Source: Cyclobacteriaceae bacterium (lineage in GTDB: Bacteria > Bacteroidota > Bacteroidia > Cytophagales > Cyclobacteriaceae). Taken from it: a DNA stretch of 64,000 nt. The notes below the pieces were generated by a model. The model ran no database searches and was not told the DNA's origin. It saw nothing but the letters and a program-made list of their open reading frames with translations. This document shows, one piece after another, positions 56,301-64,000 of the stretch. The position numbers were made by a program, and so were the translations under genes. The DNA lies in assembly GCA_039970095.1 (NCBI GenBank), contig JBDVMP010000018.1, forward strand, positions 3,492-67,491. The letters run 5' to 3'. How positions within the stretch are numbered: position 1 is the stretch's first letter; the number at the start of each line of letters is the position of its first letter.

Positions 56301-59300
56301 TAAACACAGCAACCGGGACTGGTAATAGAAGTATTGCAGGAAACGAACTGAATGCAGGGACATATCGCGGATACATTTTCTTTTTGGATGGTAATGTGCC
56401 ACAACTTCTTATTAGAAGTGATTTTAATGGAGGATCATCTTCCGATGAACTTTGGGTAGCGGCATCAAATGCCATCAGTACCAGTCAGTGGCATCACGTT
56501 GCGGTGACCTATGACGGGAGTACTGCAGCAGCCGGAATAAAGCTATATGTTGATGGAACTGTACAGTCCGTGACGGTGATTAGCGATAATTTGACAGGTT
56601 CGATTTTGAATGGCAATGAGTTCAATATTGGCTCAAGGGATCAAGCAGAGGCACTTTTCTCTGGGCAAATAGATGAAGTTCGGGTCTGGAATGTCGCCAG
56701 ATCGGAGAGTCAAATAGATACATTCAAAGATGTGGAACTTAATGGTGGCGAACCGGGACTTCTTGGCTACTGGAACTTCTCAGATGGTCCCGGAGATGAT
56801 AACGTTCCCGATGTTTCAGGCAATGGCAATCCGGGTACAATGTTCAACATGGACAATGCCACGGACTATGTGGCAGCTGCTCATGGAGTTGCACCGGCGG
56901 GAGCTTTGGATTCCACATCACCCACTCTTCCCACAGTATCCATCGGTCTGGACGACTCTGGGAACAACTTGTTTGGTCGGGCAACTGATAAAGTGCTTCT
57001 AACCTTTACTTCAGATGAGGACATTACCAATGTCGACGTGTTTTTTTCCAGTGATGGTGCGGCAATCAACAATGCCGTGACAATTTTAGGCGGTCCTCTT
57101 AACTGGACAGCCGAATATATTATGTCCGCTTCTGACAATGAAGGATCGGTAACTTTCCAGATTGACTTTGAAGACCTTACCGGAAACTCGGGAACTGCGG
57201 TTTTTGCAGTCACCGATGGATCTTCTGTAGTCTTTGATAATACGGCTCCTACAATCACAGGTGTCACCCTCTCCGGAGATAATACACTCCTGACTGTTGA
57301 TTTTGATGAAGACATTTTCAGTGATGAAGATGGGTTTAACTCGGTGGTGTTGGCCAATATGAGCGTAACGGTTGAGGGCGGAGTTGCATCAGTGACAGAA
57401 ACTGCACTGAGAGTCAACTCGCCAACCCAGGTTGAAATTGATCTGACAGTCGGTGGAAGTCCCGATGGTTCTGAGATAGTAAAAGTAGAGCCGGGTGCAC
57501 TTACCTATGATGCCGCAGGAAATCAGATGGCAGCAACTCAATCAAACAACACGGTAAACCTGAACGCGCCTTACGTTGTTTCTAATACCAGCCCTGCAGG
57601 CCCAGGCTCCCTACGAGACGCAATCATTAATGCAAATGCTAGTGGGGCCAAAGAAACCATTACTTTCAGTATTGCAGCTGGTAGTGTCATAGCTCTGGAT
57701 GATACTGATGGTGTCTTACCGACCATCACCAATGTCAATGGCATGATTCTGGATGCCACCACAGCAACAGACTGGAGTTTATCTTCTGATGAGCTTATTG
57801 TAATCGACGGAACCAGCCTCTCTTCTACAGTAGATGGTGCCGCATTCAGAATTGGGGCTACTGGAGCCAATATTGAAATCTATGGTTTCAAAATTCAAAA
57901 CTTTTCTCAGGGTCTGAACGACGGTGTAATCATTGAAGGGGACAACAACACCTTTGGTAAAATTGGTGGGGAGAATGTGGTAGTTCAAAATAATACCGGA
58001 ATACAATTGGAAGGAAGTTCCAATGTGATTCAATCCAATTATATCGGTCGGGATTTTGCGGATAATGATTTGGGTAATTTGGAATCCGGAATCGTGTTGC
58101 CAAATGGTGCTTCGGACAACCAAATTGGAGGGGAGAACCCAGGAGAGGGGAATTACATTTTTTATAATGGAACAACTGCAAGTCACTACGGGGTGCGTAT
58201 CACTGGTAGTACATCTTTGAGAAATCAGGTCATCGGGAACTCAATGTCTTGCAACGAAGGAGGCGGGTTCGATTTAAACAACATCGCTTCAACTCCACAC
58301 AATGACATCATTCGTCCGACGATAGATTATATAACTCCTTCAGAAATTAGTGGTACTGTTGATCCGCTCGTAGCAGCAGGATCCGATGTTCATGTATATG
58401 AGTCCACCGACGTTTGTGACCAAAAACAAGGGGTAATCTACCTTGGAAAAACCACGGTTTTTGACGATGCTGGAACGAAGAGGTTTAGCTATACAGGGAC
58501 TTTCACCTCCAACTCATACTCTGCGACCCTGACAACAACAACTGATGGGACCTCAGAGATGGGTACCGCTGGATATTATGAGGTGAATATCACGGAGGAT
58601 TCTGGTGATGGCTCTCTTAGGAAAGCCCTGGAACTGTCCAATGCCATAGATGATCAAGGGTTCTTTATTGATTTTAATCTTGGCGGAGCTGGCCCATGGA
58701 CCATTAGTCCCGCATCTGATCTGGGAACCATTTCTTCTTCTCTAACAATGGATGGATCTACGGAAGTAAACTTCAATTTGACCTCTGGCCAAATCATTAC
58801 GATAGATGGGGCCAACTCGGGTAATGACATTCTTCATTTTACCCCGACAGGGGATGACAAGGTTGAAATAGCAAACCTGCGATTTATCAATGCCAACAAC
58901 AATGTAATCAATTCGGTAAACAGCGGAAACCTTTCATTGCATGTTCATGACAATGTTTTCGGAGCTAGCGGTGATGCAGGCGTTGATGAGATTATTTATA
59001 TCACAAGCGGGAGTCTCATTGAGATCGAAAACAACTACTTTGGGTTTGACCATACCGGAACGGGCATTTCAGAACAAATCACGGGCTCGGCCATATCGAT
59101 TAGCGATTTTGTGGATGATGTGATTATTAAGGGCAACACGATTGGCAATTATTCCAATTCAGCCATAGTGCTGGGTGGCATCAACAACTCTGCACTTGTG
59201 GAAAACAATATTATTGGTTTGAATTTTGATGCCAAAGAGGCCGCACCTGCCACAAGCGCCATTAGCGATGGAATCATAATAAACGGCAACAACGTGGTGG

Positions 59301-62300
59301 TTCGTGGAAACTACATTGGAAATGTGCAGCGGGATGCTATAAAAAATCTAACTTTTGGATTGCAGAATATTGCCATACAGGCCAACACGATTGGAACAGA
59401 TGTGGATGGAGACCCACACCCTGTTGGCACAGGTATTTATCTTGACGACCGACCGGGCTATACTAATTTTAAGATTGGTGGCTTGCCAGCAGATGGTAAC
59501 ACCATCACAAATGCTACCGAGGCGATTCATTTTGAGAATGATGGCTCTCAGGATACCGACGGGGTAAGAATCACTGCCAACTCAATTTTTGGTAACACCG
59601 CAGGAATAGTCACCAATGGTGCTAATGCTTCAGTTTCCGAACCAACTATAACGTCCCTTACTACCTCTGCCGTTTCTGGAACAGGCAGTGATGGAGATAT
59701 TATTCATTTGTATTTAGGCGATGGGTCAGGACAACCCCAAACTTTAATGGATTCTGCATATGTAGTTACAGGATCATGGAACTTTGGAAGCTTGAGTTTA
59801 TCTGCAAATGATGAGGTTGTTGTTGCCGCTTCTAGTTCAACGGCCACATCTGACTTTGTTGCGGCTTCACTTACACCCGATATCAATGTAAAATTTGCAG
59901 GAAGTCCTATTGGAATCGGTGAAGCCATTGACCTAAGTTGGTCTTTTGTGGGCCAGAGTGGCGCTACAGAGCAGGTGGATGTGGAGAACACAGGTTTTGG
60001 TGCGCTGAATATTGCGAGCATCACTGGCTCACCAACACATTTTGCCGTTTCTAATATTAGTTCCACTCCGATCAGCGGGCAAACAGCAGAACATTTTACG
60101 GTCCAATTTGCTCCGGGCACTTCAGGCACAATTTCAGAGAACATTACCATCAACAATGATGACACGGATGAATCCGCCTATATGATTCAGCTAGAGGGTT
60201 TTGGCTATCCGAACGAGTCGGGCTCTGGAATGGCTCTCGATTTTGATGGAACCGACGACCATGTCACCATCAATCCGATAACCGACCTGTCAAGCACCGA
60301 TAAGTTTACTATAGAAGGATGGTTTAACCAAAATACGATCGACGTACAGGGAGGCATGTTTGGTCAGATTTTGTCAAGCACAGCAATGATCCGTGCCAGA
60401 ACCTGGAACGATGGGTATCTGTATCTCTATGTTCACAATGGCTCTTCTGCTTATGGAAGGTTTGATTACTCGCAGTATGTCTACGGTGGCGAATGGTTTC
60501 ATCTGGCCATGGTTTATGACGGAAGCCAAACGGGCAATTCGAATAGGCTGAAGGCCTATGTCAATGGAGAAGAGGTGATTTTGGATTATTTAGGGACTAT
60601 CCCAGCTTCAACAGCCAGCCTTTCTGGAGCCAATTTTTATCTAGCCGAGAATGTAAACATCGCCACAGCTGGTAACCATTGGCATGGTCAAATCGATGAG
60701 GTTCGAATTTGGAGAGATGCTGTGTCTCAAGGAGACATTCAATCCTACATGCTCACCAATGACCTCACAGGTCACCCGCAAATTGGCTCTGACGATCTGG
60801 CTGCCTATTATAGATTTGATGAAGGAGAGGGAGAAACGCTTTACGATCTTAGTTTTGACAATCATGGTGTGCTGACCAACATGGATCAGGCAACTGATTG
60901 GGTTCCTTCGGGAGCATTGATACCTGCACCTCAGATTGTTAGCCAAACGCCGGAAGTTGACGCTACGGGAGTAGTACCGAATACCACAATCACGGTAATT
61001 TTCGACCAAAACGTTCAAGCAGGCGCTGGAAATATTGCAATTAGAACTCAAGATGATAATATTGTGGAACAATTTGATGTTGCCGCCGCTGTTAACTTTT
61101 CTGGAACCTCAGTTACGTTTACTCCGACACAACTCAGCTATAACGAGATATATTCTATTACAATACCCCAGGGAGCTATTATGAACTTATCAGGAAAATC
61201 AATTGCCGCTATTACACTTTTGACTGCTTGGAGCTTTACTACTCAGGCGCAGACACTAACTGTCACACAACCTGATGGAGGTTCACCTCTTGAGGTGGGG
61301 AGCACCGTAAATATTCAATGGACTTCAGATGGGAATGGGATGAATATTGGTGATGGTCTAGAAATCAGTTTTAGTGATAACGGAGGAGGATCCTTTGATG
61401 ATATTATCTATTCAGGGCCTCTGTCCAATCATGGAGATGAGTTCTCCGGCACATTTTCGTGGGTCGTTCCCGGACCTTCTATCAGCAACAGAATTATCAG
61501 GGTTTTTAACACGACTGCTGTTGTATTTGACGACTCACCAGACCTGAATATTGTTGGACCCACAATCACTCATGTAGCAACTGAGGATGCGACTGATTGT
61601 ATATCTCCTTTTGGATCTATAACTATTGGAGGACTCATTGCAAATGAAAGTTATGACGTCATCTATGATTTTGAATCATCTCCTGTTGCCCCAGAAAGCT
61701 TTCTTACAGATGGAAGTGGAGACCTTGAAATTCCATTTTTATCAGTGGGCAGTTACACGAATATTCAAGTTCAGATTCAGAGTGCCACATCCAATGTATT
61801 GCCTGGGCCCTTTGACGTCTTTGACAATACTGTTTCTCCGGTTTTATCAGTGACTCCTACGGATAATACTGTATGTGCTGGTGACCCGGATGGCGCTGCT
61901 TCGGTGACCATTACCAATGACGATACTGGAACATATACATATGAGTGGTTCGTGGGGTCAGATACTTCTACACCTGCATCGGACGGTTCAGTTCCTGGGG
62001 TATCCACATCAGGGTCTACTACAGCCATTCTTTCAGGTGTTCCCGCAGGCCAGTATACGGTGAGGGTCACAGATGATCAAAGCCCCGGTACTGGTTGCGA
62101 AGAGGTTATAACTATTACCATCCTGGATAACCTGATTAACCCGACCATTACACCAGTCAATGCAACGTCAACGAACCCTTCGTCTATTGGAAATAATGAT
62201 GGCCAGATCAATGCCTCGAATGTGGCTCCAACAAGTGCGGATAATTACACATTTCAGTGGTATTTTGGTGCCGATACTTCCACGCCATTAGTAGACTTTA

Positions 62301-64000
62301 GTAATCCTGGAAATGGTTCTAACCCGGATGGTGCTACCTCTCATACAGTGGACGGACTGGCCGCAGGAGATTATACATTGGTAATTACTGAAAATGAAAC
62401 GGGTTGTGTATCTGATCCTGTGACTTTTACGTTGACAGATCCCGCATCTAATCCCGTCTTAACAATTACAGATATTTTGCCAAACACCACTACCGTGGGA
62501 ATTGATATGTCAGTTGACCTAACTTCAGACATATATTTTGTCGTGACTCAGTCGGAAACCGTTCCAACAGTCGCGCAGGTTGTGGCGGGTCAGGATGAGT
62601 TTAGTATTGCTGCCGATTTTTATGGTGTTATCACCACTGTTGATGGCTCCATCTCATTTACTTTGGGTGAGAATAATTTTGGACCGCAAGATCAGTCTCT
62701 TACTACAGAGAACACTTACAACGTCTATTTTGTAGCTGATGCCGGAGGAGGGAGCTACTCACTTGTTGAAGGAGGCATATTTACAACAGGATTTGTTGCA
62801 TCAGGAAACACAGTGCATACTGAAGACTTCAACACATTTAGCGGGAGTTTGAATACACTTCAGTCTAGTCCGCCGGATTATCTGTTTACAAACCAAACCC
62901 TCAGACTTTCCAATGCCAAGGTGACAGACCAGTCTGGTTATCCTTTTGGAGGTACTGGTTATGCCATACAGCTTGCAGATGGAGGCGATAGTTTCTGGAC
63001 ACTTGAGTTGGTGGATTTGACGAGAGTGGGCTTTTTATGGAGGTCAACCGATGGCGGGCCTTCTTCCATAAAGGTTTCCACATCGACTGATGGATTGAAT
63101 TTTGACAACACGATTCTTTACTCTGTTACCTCAAGCCAAAGCTATGAGGCAAAAGCGGTAGATTTTGATACTCCGTTCACAGGTTATGTCAAGGTAGAAG
63201 TTGACGGAGGCAGCCAGCTGCTTGTAGATGAGTTTTATTATGAAACAATAGAGGTAGTTACAAACCCATTCGTCACCACATGGTTAGCTACCGGAGGAAC
63301 GATCACTATTCCCACCAATACGGCTAGTCATACATATAATTATGATGTAACCTGGACGAACATTACCAACCCAGATGTTGCAGAGGGGTCATTGTCTTCT
63401 CAAACAGGTGATGCAGTCCTATCGGGCCTTGAAGATGGTAGCGACTATTTCGTCGAGATTAGTGGGCAGTTTCCAGCGATCTATTTTGCAAATACTGCTG
63501 CGGACAAGGATAAGATCATGACTATTGAGCAGTGGGGAGATATAGCCTGGGAGTCTATGCAGCAGGCGTTTATGGGATGTTCGAATCTGGATATGGCAGC
63601 AACGGACTATCCAGACCTTTCAGGCGTCACAAATATGAGTCAGATGTTCAGAGCCACTGGCATGAGTTTCAGTGGAGATTTCAGTGGTTGGGATGTCAGT
63701 AATGTCACCAATATCAGTTTTATGTTTAGCGGTTCGCAGTTCGACGGAAATATCGACTCTTGGGATGTTTCCAATGTGACTGATATGAGCTATCTGTTTT
63801 ATGTAAATCCGGTTTTCAATGGAAATATAAGCGGTTGGGTTACATCCAGTGTGGTTAATATGAGCCGAGCTTTCAGCCATACCAGTGTTTTCAATCAGAA
63901 TATCGGTGGTTGGGATGTCTCCAATGTGACGCAGATGGAGGGAATGTTCAACCAGTCCTTTCAATTCGATCAGGACCTCAGCAGCTGGGATGTTTCCAAG
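50396..64000 (+). CDS. Giant surface/adhesin protein (>=4535 aa, 3'-truncated): 8 LamG, FN3/Ig-like, lamin-tail, beta-helix, SprB-like and DUF285/BspA repeats
   Basis: ATG 50396 MKPITSKIKLGILSSFLFIHVQILA|QNNALNFDG; same frame checked by hand at ~12 points through to WDVSK at 64000; LamG starts near 50474, 51170, 52169, 53084, 53990, 55190, 56198, 60230; absent from the ORF track, consistent with no in-window stop. Confidence 0.9.
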   Translation, partial: MKPITSKIKLGILSSFLFIHVQILAQNNALNFDGVNQNVTTTRTQVSGGLTYEAWVRTSTTVGSPSYAGAPGMAIIGDFDNNVGFSFGLTNGVLEVLHFNDSWQSVSGTTDVADGGWHHVAVSHEELTGEMVLYLDGNVEATGNITWDGNSEYHSFNRIGSSYTDGPSDGQFFNGDIDEVRIWNKPLSEAHINYHKDNELLSGGHEGLVAYYDFEDAIGTTLTNAEGTAGLNGTLQNMDNGNWISGNGIIGDPLVTEPDFVMDFDGVDDKIVIVDNPSLEPTGGLLTVEALIYNRSDNFKRIITKADGNSAGTDNGSFYFDTYDNTGGGLGLRAAFVNSSDTYITTPLTGEILALNTWHHVALVFDQGVFTIYLDGTAVSSADLGETTLVDNTFDWGIGEDGSEVGGTEFFNGQIDEVKIWHTARTPEQLLAFKDVELNGSEPGLVGYWNFENGGGSTIPDLASGDGAQNGAMTDMDVAGDYVQHSTVGDAGMLDATAPTPNITTVGSGTNSPITVDIDFGEEVVNLDETDLAVTNAIVNNFMGVDGQNYTVDLYPNADGNVTVDMAGGAANDLTGNASNAATQFSITATLQNNALDFAASDYVNIPHDPLFDLASPFTVEFWIKTSASVGTVWLEKGTNNQEWSIQQFNDHVYMNFGNGGLESNISINDGKWHHVAIVYRGSTNGTIYIDGVDETNGATNTLGTPDYVTYDGAVSIGGRVGGSFDLEGAMDEVRIWNDERTIGEIQSNQYNTLVGNEANLVAYYRFDETGGTILPDLSANTLDGTLTNMTGTEWTASGAMTPESPFLFNATDVSTSGFTANFSAPAGAIDILVDVDDAPDFASPIAMGISVGASGSAPVSVSLTSGTQYYYRAKADHSTNGESDYVVSNSFMVQSGNTLTFSSSDYVNIPHDPLLDLAGDFTVEFWFNHTTSGNVIILEKGNNNQEWSIQQSTGNEIILNVGNNITQTTQTYNDGNWHHAAVVYRGVDDASIFIDGVDDTDVVAVGTPDYVTFDGNLNIGGRAATSSYAGLLDELRIWDDERTIGEIQSYQYNTLVGNEANLVAYYRFDETGGTILPDLSANTLDGMLTNMTGTEWTASGAMTPESPFLFNATDVSTSGFTANFSAPSGAIDILVDVDDAPDFASPIATGISVGVSGSAPVSVSLTSGTQYYYRAKADHSTNGESDYVVSNSFFISPGNALDFDGVNDYIDLFEDEAFVGDFTVEAWVYITDFTDYSPILSKQGTTDNNTAEFNLQVQGPINGNISFFLGTGSGIASVSGNDADDQDIMLNTWTHVAATVEGTTMSLYINGALSGSGTFTGARQNSAAPVQVGHFQNSVAQYWPGQIDEVRIWDYARNATEISDNTYNTLVGNEAGLISYYRFDETAGLVLPDLSVNELDGILTNMAGTEWSPSGALTISTLNVKINEVVTDPATDWSTNGFDGTDGGGAVSDIDQYVELYVGEAGLDFTTGWSLEIYEDDGSTLRFSGDLTNTGAFDVVTYFTSGSGTISNSEVGDYIILGNPDGSNSLVNNVDLVLLNGFEIDRVDLGGTIDQAPNGASSGTADESVSRKPNGADSDSDDDDFQKAEATPGTTNDNNALSFDGVDSYVDFGDVTTLDGLSSLTIEGWFNTNVSPYFTASDEHYSIIAKGEMTFAGNNSAGIYFRGTDGGGDLIARVGTDVGTETASFVSTNVNTNEWYHVALVWSSGTHVELYLNGALVGTSSSTLAGTINDIAEPLSIGFSNNGAEQYFDGEVDEIRIWSVARTQEQIVDNAYSSITSGPISSYTFNNSSGPLIDAAGSNDGSLVGGVSYEVSDAWAADVFAPIFEGIYPTADTETIDGFDINVELNEGSSQVAYSILANPSSAPALDDIGTVGDAAGIISVTDASTFYNETVTGLSASTNYDIFLLPYDGNSNRPSSATVIAALTLDPPNYALDFDGTDDLISVGTGTSLQFENADQFTIEAWVNTATGTGNRSIAGNELNAGTYRGYIFFLDGNVPQLLIRSDFNGGSSSDELWVAASNAISTSQWHHVAVTYDGSTAAAGIKLYVDGTVQSVTVISDNLTGSILNGNEFNIGSRDQAEALFSGQIDEVRVWNVARSESQIDTFKDVELNGGEPGLLGYWNFSDGPGDDNVPDVSGNGNPGTMFNMDNATDYVAAAHGVAPAGALDSTSPTLPTVSIGLDDSGNNLFGRATDKVLLTFTSDEDITNVDVFFSSDGAAINNAVTILGGPLNWTAEYIMSASDNEGSVTFQIDFEDLTGNSGTAVFAVTDGSSVVFDNTAPTITGVTLSGDNTLLTVDFDEDIFSDEDGFNSVVLANMSVTVEGGVASVTETALRVNSPTQVEIDLTVGGSPDGSEIVKVEPGALTYDAAGNQMAATQSNNTVNLNAPYVVSNTSPAGPGSLRDAIINANASGAKETITFSIAAGSVIALDDTDGVLPTITNVNGMILDATTATDWSLSSDELIVIDGTSLSSTVDGAAFRIGATGANIEIYGFKIQNFSQGLNDGVIIEGDNNTFGKIGGENVVVQNNTGIQLEGSSNVIQSNYIGRDFADNDLGNLESGIVLPNGASDNQIGGENPGEGNYIFYNGTTASHYGVRITGSTSLRNQVIGNSMSCNEGGGFDLNNIASTPHNDIIRPTIDYITPSEISGTVDPLVAAGSDVHVYESTDVCDQKQGVIYLGKTTVFDDAGTKRFSYTGTFTSNSYSATLTTTTDGTSEMGTAGYYEVNITEDSGDGSLRKALELSNAIDDQGFFIDFNLGGAGPWTISPASDLGTISSSLTMDGSTEVNFNLTSGQIITIDGANSGNDILHFTPTGDDKVEIANLRFINANNNVINSVNSGNLSLHVHDNVFGASGDAGVDEIIYITSGSLIEIENNYFGFDHTGTGISEQITGSAISISDFVDDVIIKGNTIGNYSNSAIVLGGINNSALVENNIIGLNFDAKEAAPATSAISDGIIINGNNVVVRGNYIGNVQRDAIKNLTFGLQNIAIQANTIGTDVDGDPHPVGTGIYLDDRPGYTNFKIGGLPADGNTITNATEAIHFENDGSQDTDGVRITANSIFGNTAGIVTNGANASVSEPTITSLTTSAVSGTGSDGDIIHLYLGDGSGQPQTLMDSAYVVTGSWNFGSLSLSANDEVVVAASSSTATSDFVAASLTPDINVKFAGSPIGIGEAIDLSWSFVGQSGATEQVDVENTGFGALNIASITGSPTHFAVSNISSTPISGQTAEHFTVQFAPGTSGTISENITINNDDTDESAYMIQLEGFGYPNESGSGMALDFDGTDDHVTINPITDLSSTDKFTIEGWFNQNTIDVQGGMFGQILSSTAMIRARTWNDGYLYLYVHNGSSAYGRFDYSQYVYGGEWFHLAMVYDGSQTGNSNRLKAYVNGEEVILDYLGTIPASTASLSGANFYLAENVNIATAGNHWHGQIDEVRIWRDAVSQGDIQSYMLTNDLTGHPQIGSDDLAAYYRFDEGEGETLYDLSFDNHGVLTNMDQATDWVPSGALIPAPQIVSQTPEVDATGVVPNTTITVIFDQNVQAGAGNIAIRTQDDNIVEQFDVAAAVNFSGTSVTFTPTQLSYNEIYSITIPQGAIMNLSGKSIAAITLLTAWSFTTQAQTLTVTQPDGGSPLEVGSTVNIQWTSDGNGMNIGDGLEISFSDNGGGSFDDIIYSGPLSNHGDEFSGTFSWVVPGPSISNRIIRVFNTTAVVFDDSPDLNIVGPTITHVATEDATDCISPFGSITIGGLIANESYDVIYDFESSPVAPESFLTDGSGDLEIPFLSVGSYTNIQVQIQSATSNVLPGPFDVFDNTVSPVLSVTPTDNTVCAGDPDGAASVTITNDDTGTYTYEWFVGSDTSTPASDGSVPGVSTSGSTTAILSGVPAGQYTVRVTDDQSPGTGCEEVITITILDNLINPTITPVNATSTNPSSIGNNDGQINASNVAPTSADNYTFQWYFGADTSTPLVDFSNPGNGSNPDGATSHTVDGLAAGDYTLVITENETGCVSDPVTFTLTDPASNPVLTITDILPNTTTVGIDMSVDLTSDIYFVVTQSETVPTVAQVVAGQDEFSIAADFYGVITTVDGSISFTLGENNFGPQDQSLTTENTYNVYFVADAGGGSYSLVEGGIFTTGFVASGNTVHTEDFNTFSGSLNTLQSSPPDYLFTNQTLRLSNAKVTDQSGYPFGGTGYAIQLADGGDSFWTLELVDLTRVGFLWRSTDGGPSSIKVSTSTDGLNFDNTILYSVTSSQSYEAKAVDFDTPFTGYVKVEVDGGSQLLVDEFYYETIEVVTNPFVTTWLATGGTITIPTNTASHTYNYDVTWTNITNPDVAEGSLSSQTGDAVLSGLEDGSDYFVEISGQFPAIYFANTAADKDKIMTIEQWGDIAWESMQQAFMGCSNLDMAATDYPDLSGVTNMSQMFRATGMSFSGDFSGWDVSNVTNISFMFSGSQFDGNIDSWDVSNVTDMSYLFYVNPVFNGNISGWVTSSVVNMSRAFSHTSVFNQNIGGWDVSNVTQMEGMFNQSFQFDQDLSSWDVSK
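52608..53070 (+). repeat. Intragenic direct repeat copy 1 (463 bp; LamG C-terminal part + FN3-like domain)
   Basis: Manual comparison with 53514-53976: 14 substitutions in 463 nt (~97%), offset 906 nt. Confidence 0.92.
53514..53976 (+). repeat. Intragenic direct repeat copy 2
   Basis: See copy 1; in-frame offset of 302 codons. Confidence 0.92.

Noticed and set aside
56881-57417. 178-aa minus-strand ORF and other short ORFs between 50675 and 63964
   Set aside because: Shadow frames of the giant + strand gene; low-complexity Ser/Thr/Val translations with no motifs
63560-64000. Periodic TGGGATGT repeats that could suggest a CRISPR array
   Set aside because: They encode in-frame WDVS units of DUF285 protein repeats; no constant 25-45-nt repeat with unique spacers and no cas genes

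Overview
Chromosomal window from a Bacteroidota genome, most likely Cytophagales (inferred from TAnnTTTG promoter boxes, Ala|Gln signal peptides, DUF4252, SprB-like and DUF285 repeats). No rRNA, tRNA, CRISPR or transposase was recognised. The main feature is an ~18 kb chemosensory island (5328-23184) with no flagellar genes in the window. It holds two multi-HAMP chemoreceptors (one dCache-type, one with two PAS domains C-terminal to the signalling hairpin), two CheW, ParA, CheB, P2-less CheA, CheR, three stand-alone CheY, two CheC and CheX. It also holds a membrane-bound NIT-HAMP-PAS-HPt-HATPase CheA-like kinase lacking a CheW domain, a SiaC/DUF1987 protein and a stand-alone PP2C phosphatase. 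The middle of the window is mostly housekeeping (holB, hemC, prfA, tag, ppk2, lgt, polA, an ECF sigma-DUF4252-ABC operon). Two homologous ~85-nt terminator-ended elements flank ppk2 and are candidate paralogous sRNAs; their shared core is complementary to the start-codon regions of both chemoreceptor genes. The right end carries a secreted TPR-CHAT protease with an Arg-Gly-rich loop. It is divergent from a >4535-aa surface protein (8 LamG, FN3/Ig, LTD, beta-helix, SprB-like and DUF285 repeats) that the ORF track missed because it runs off the window.
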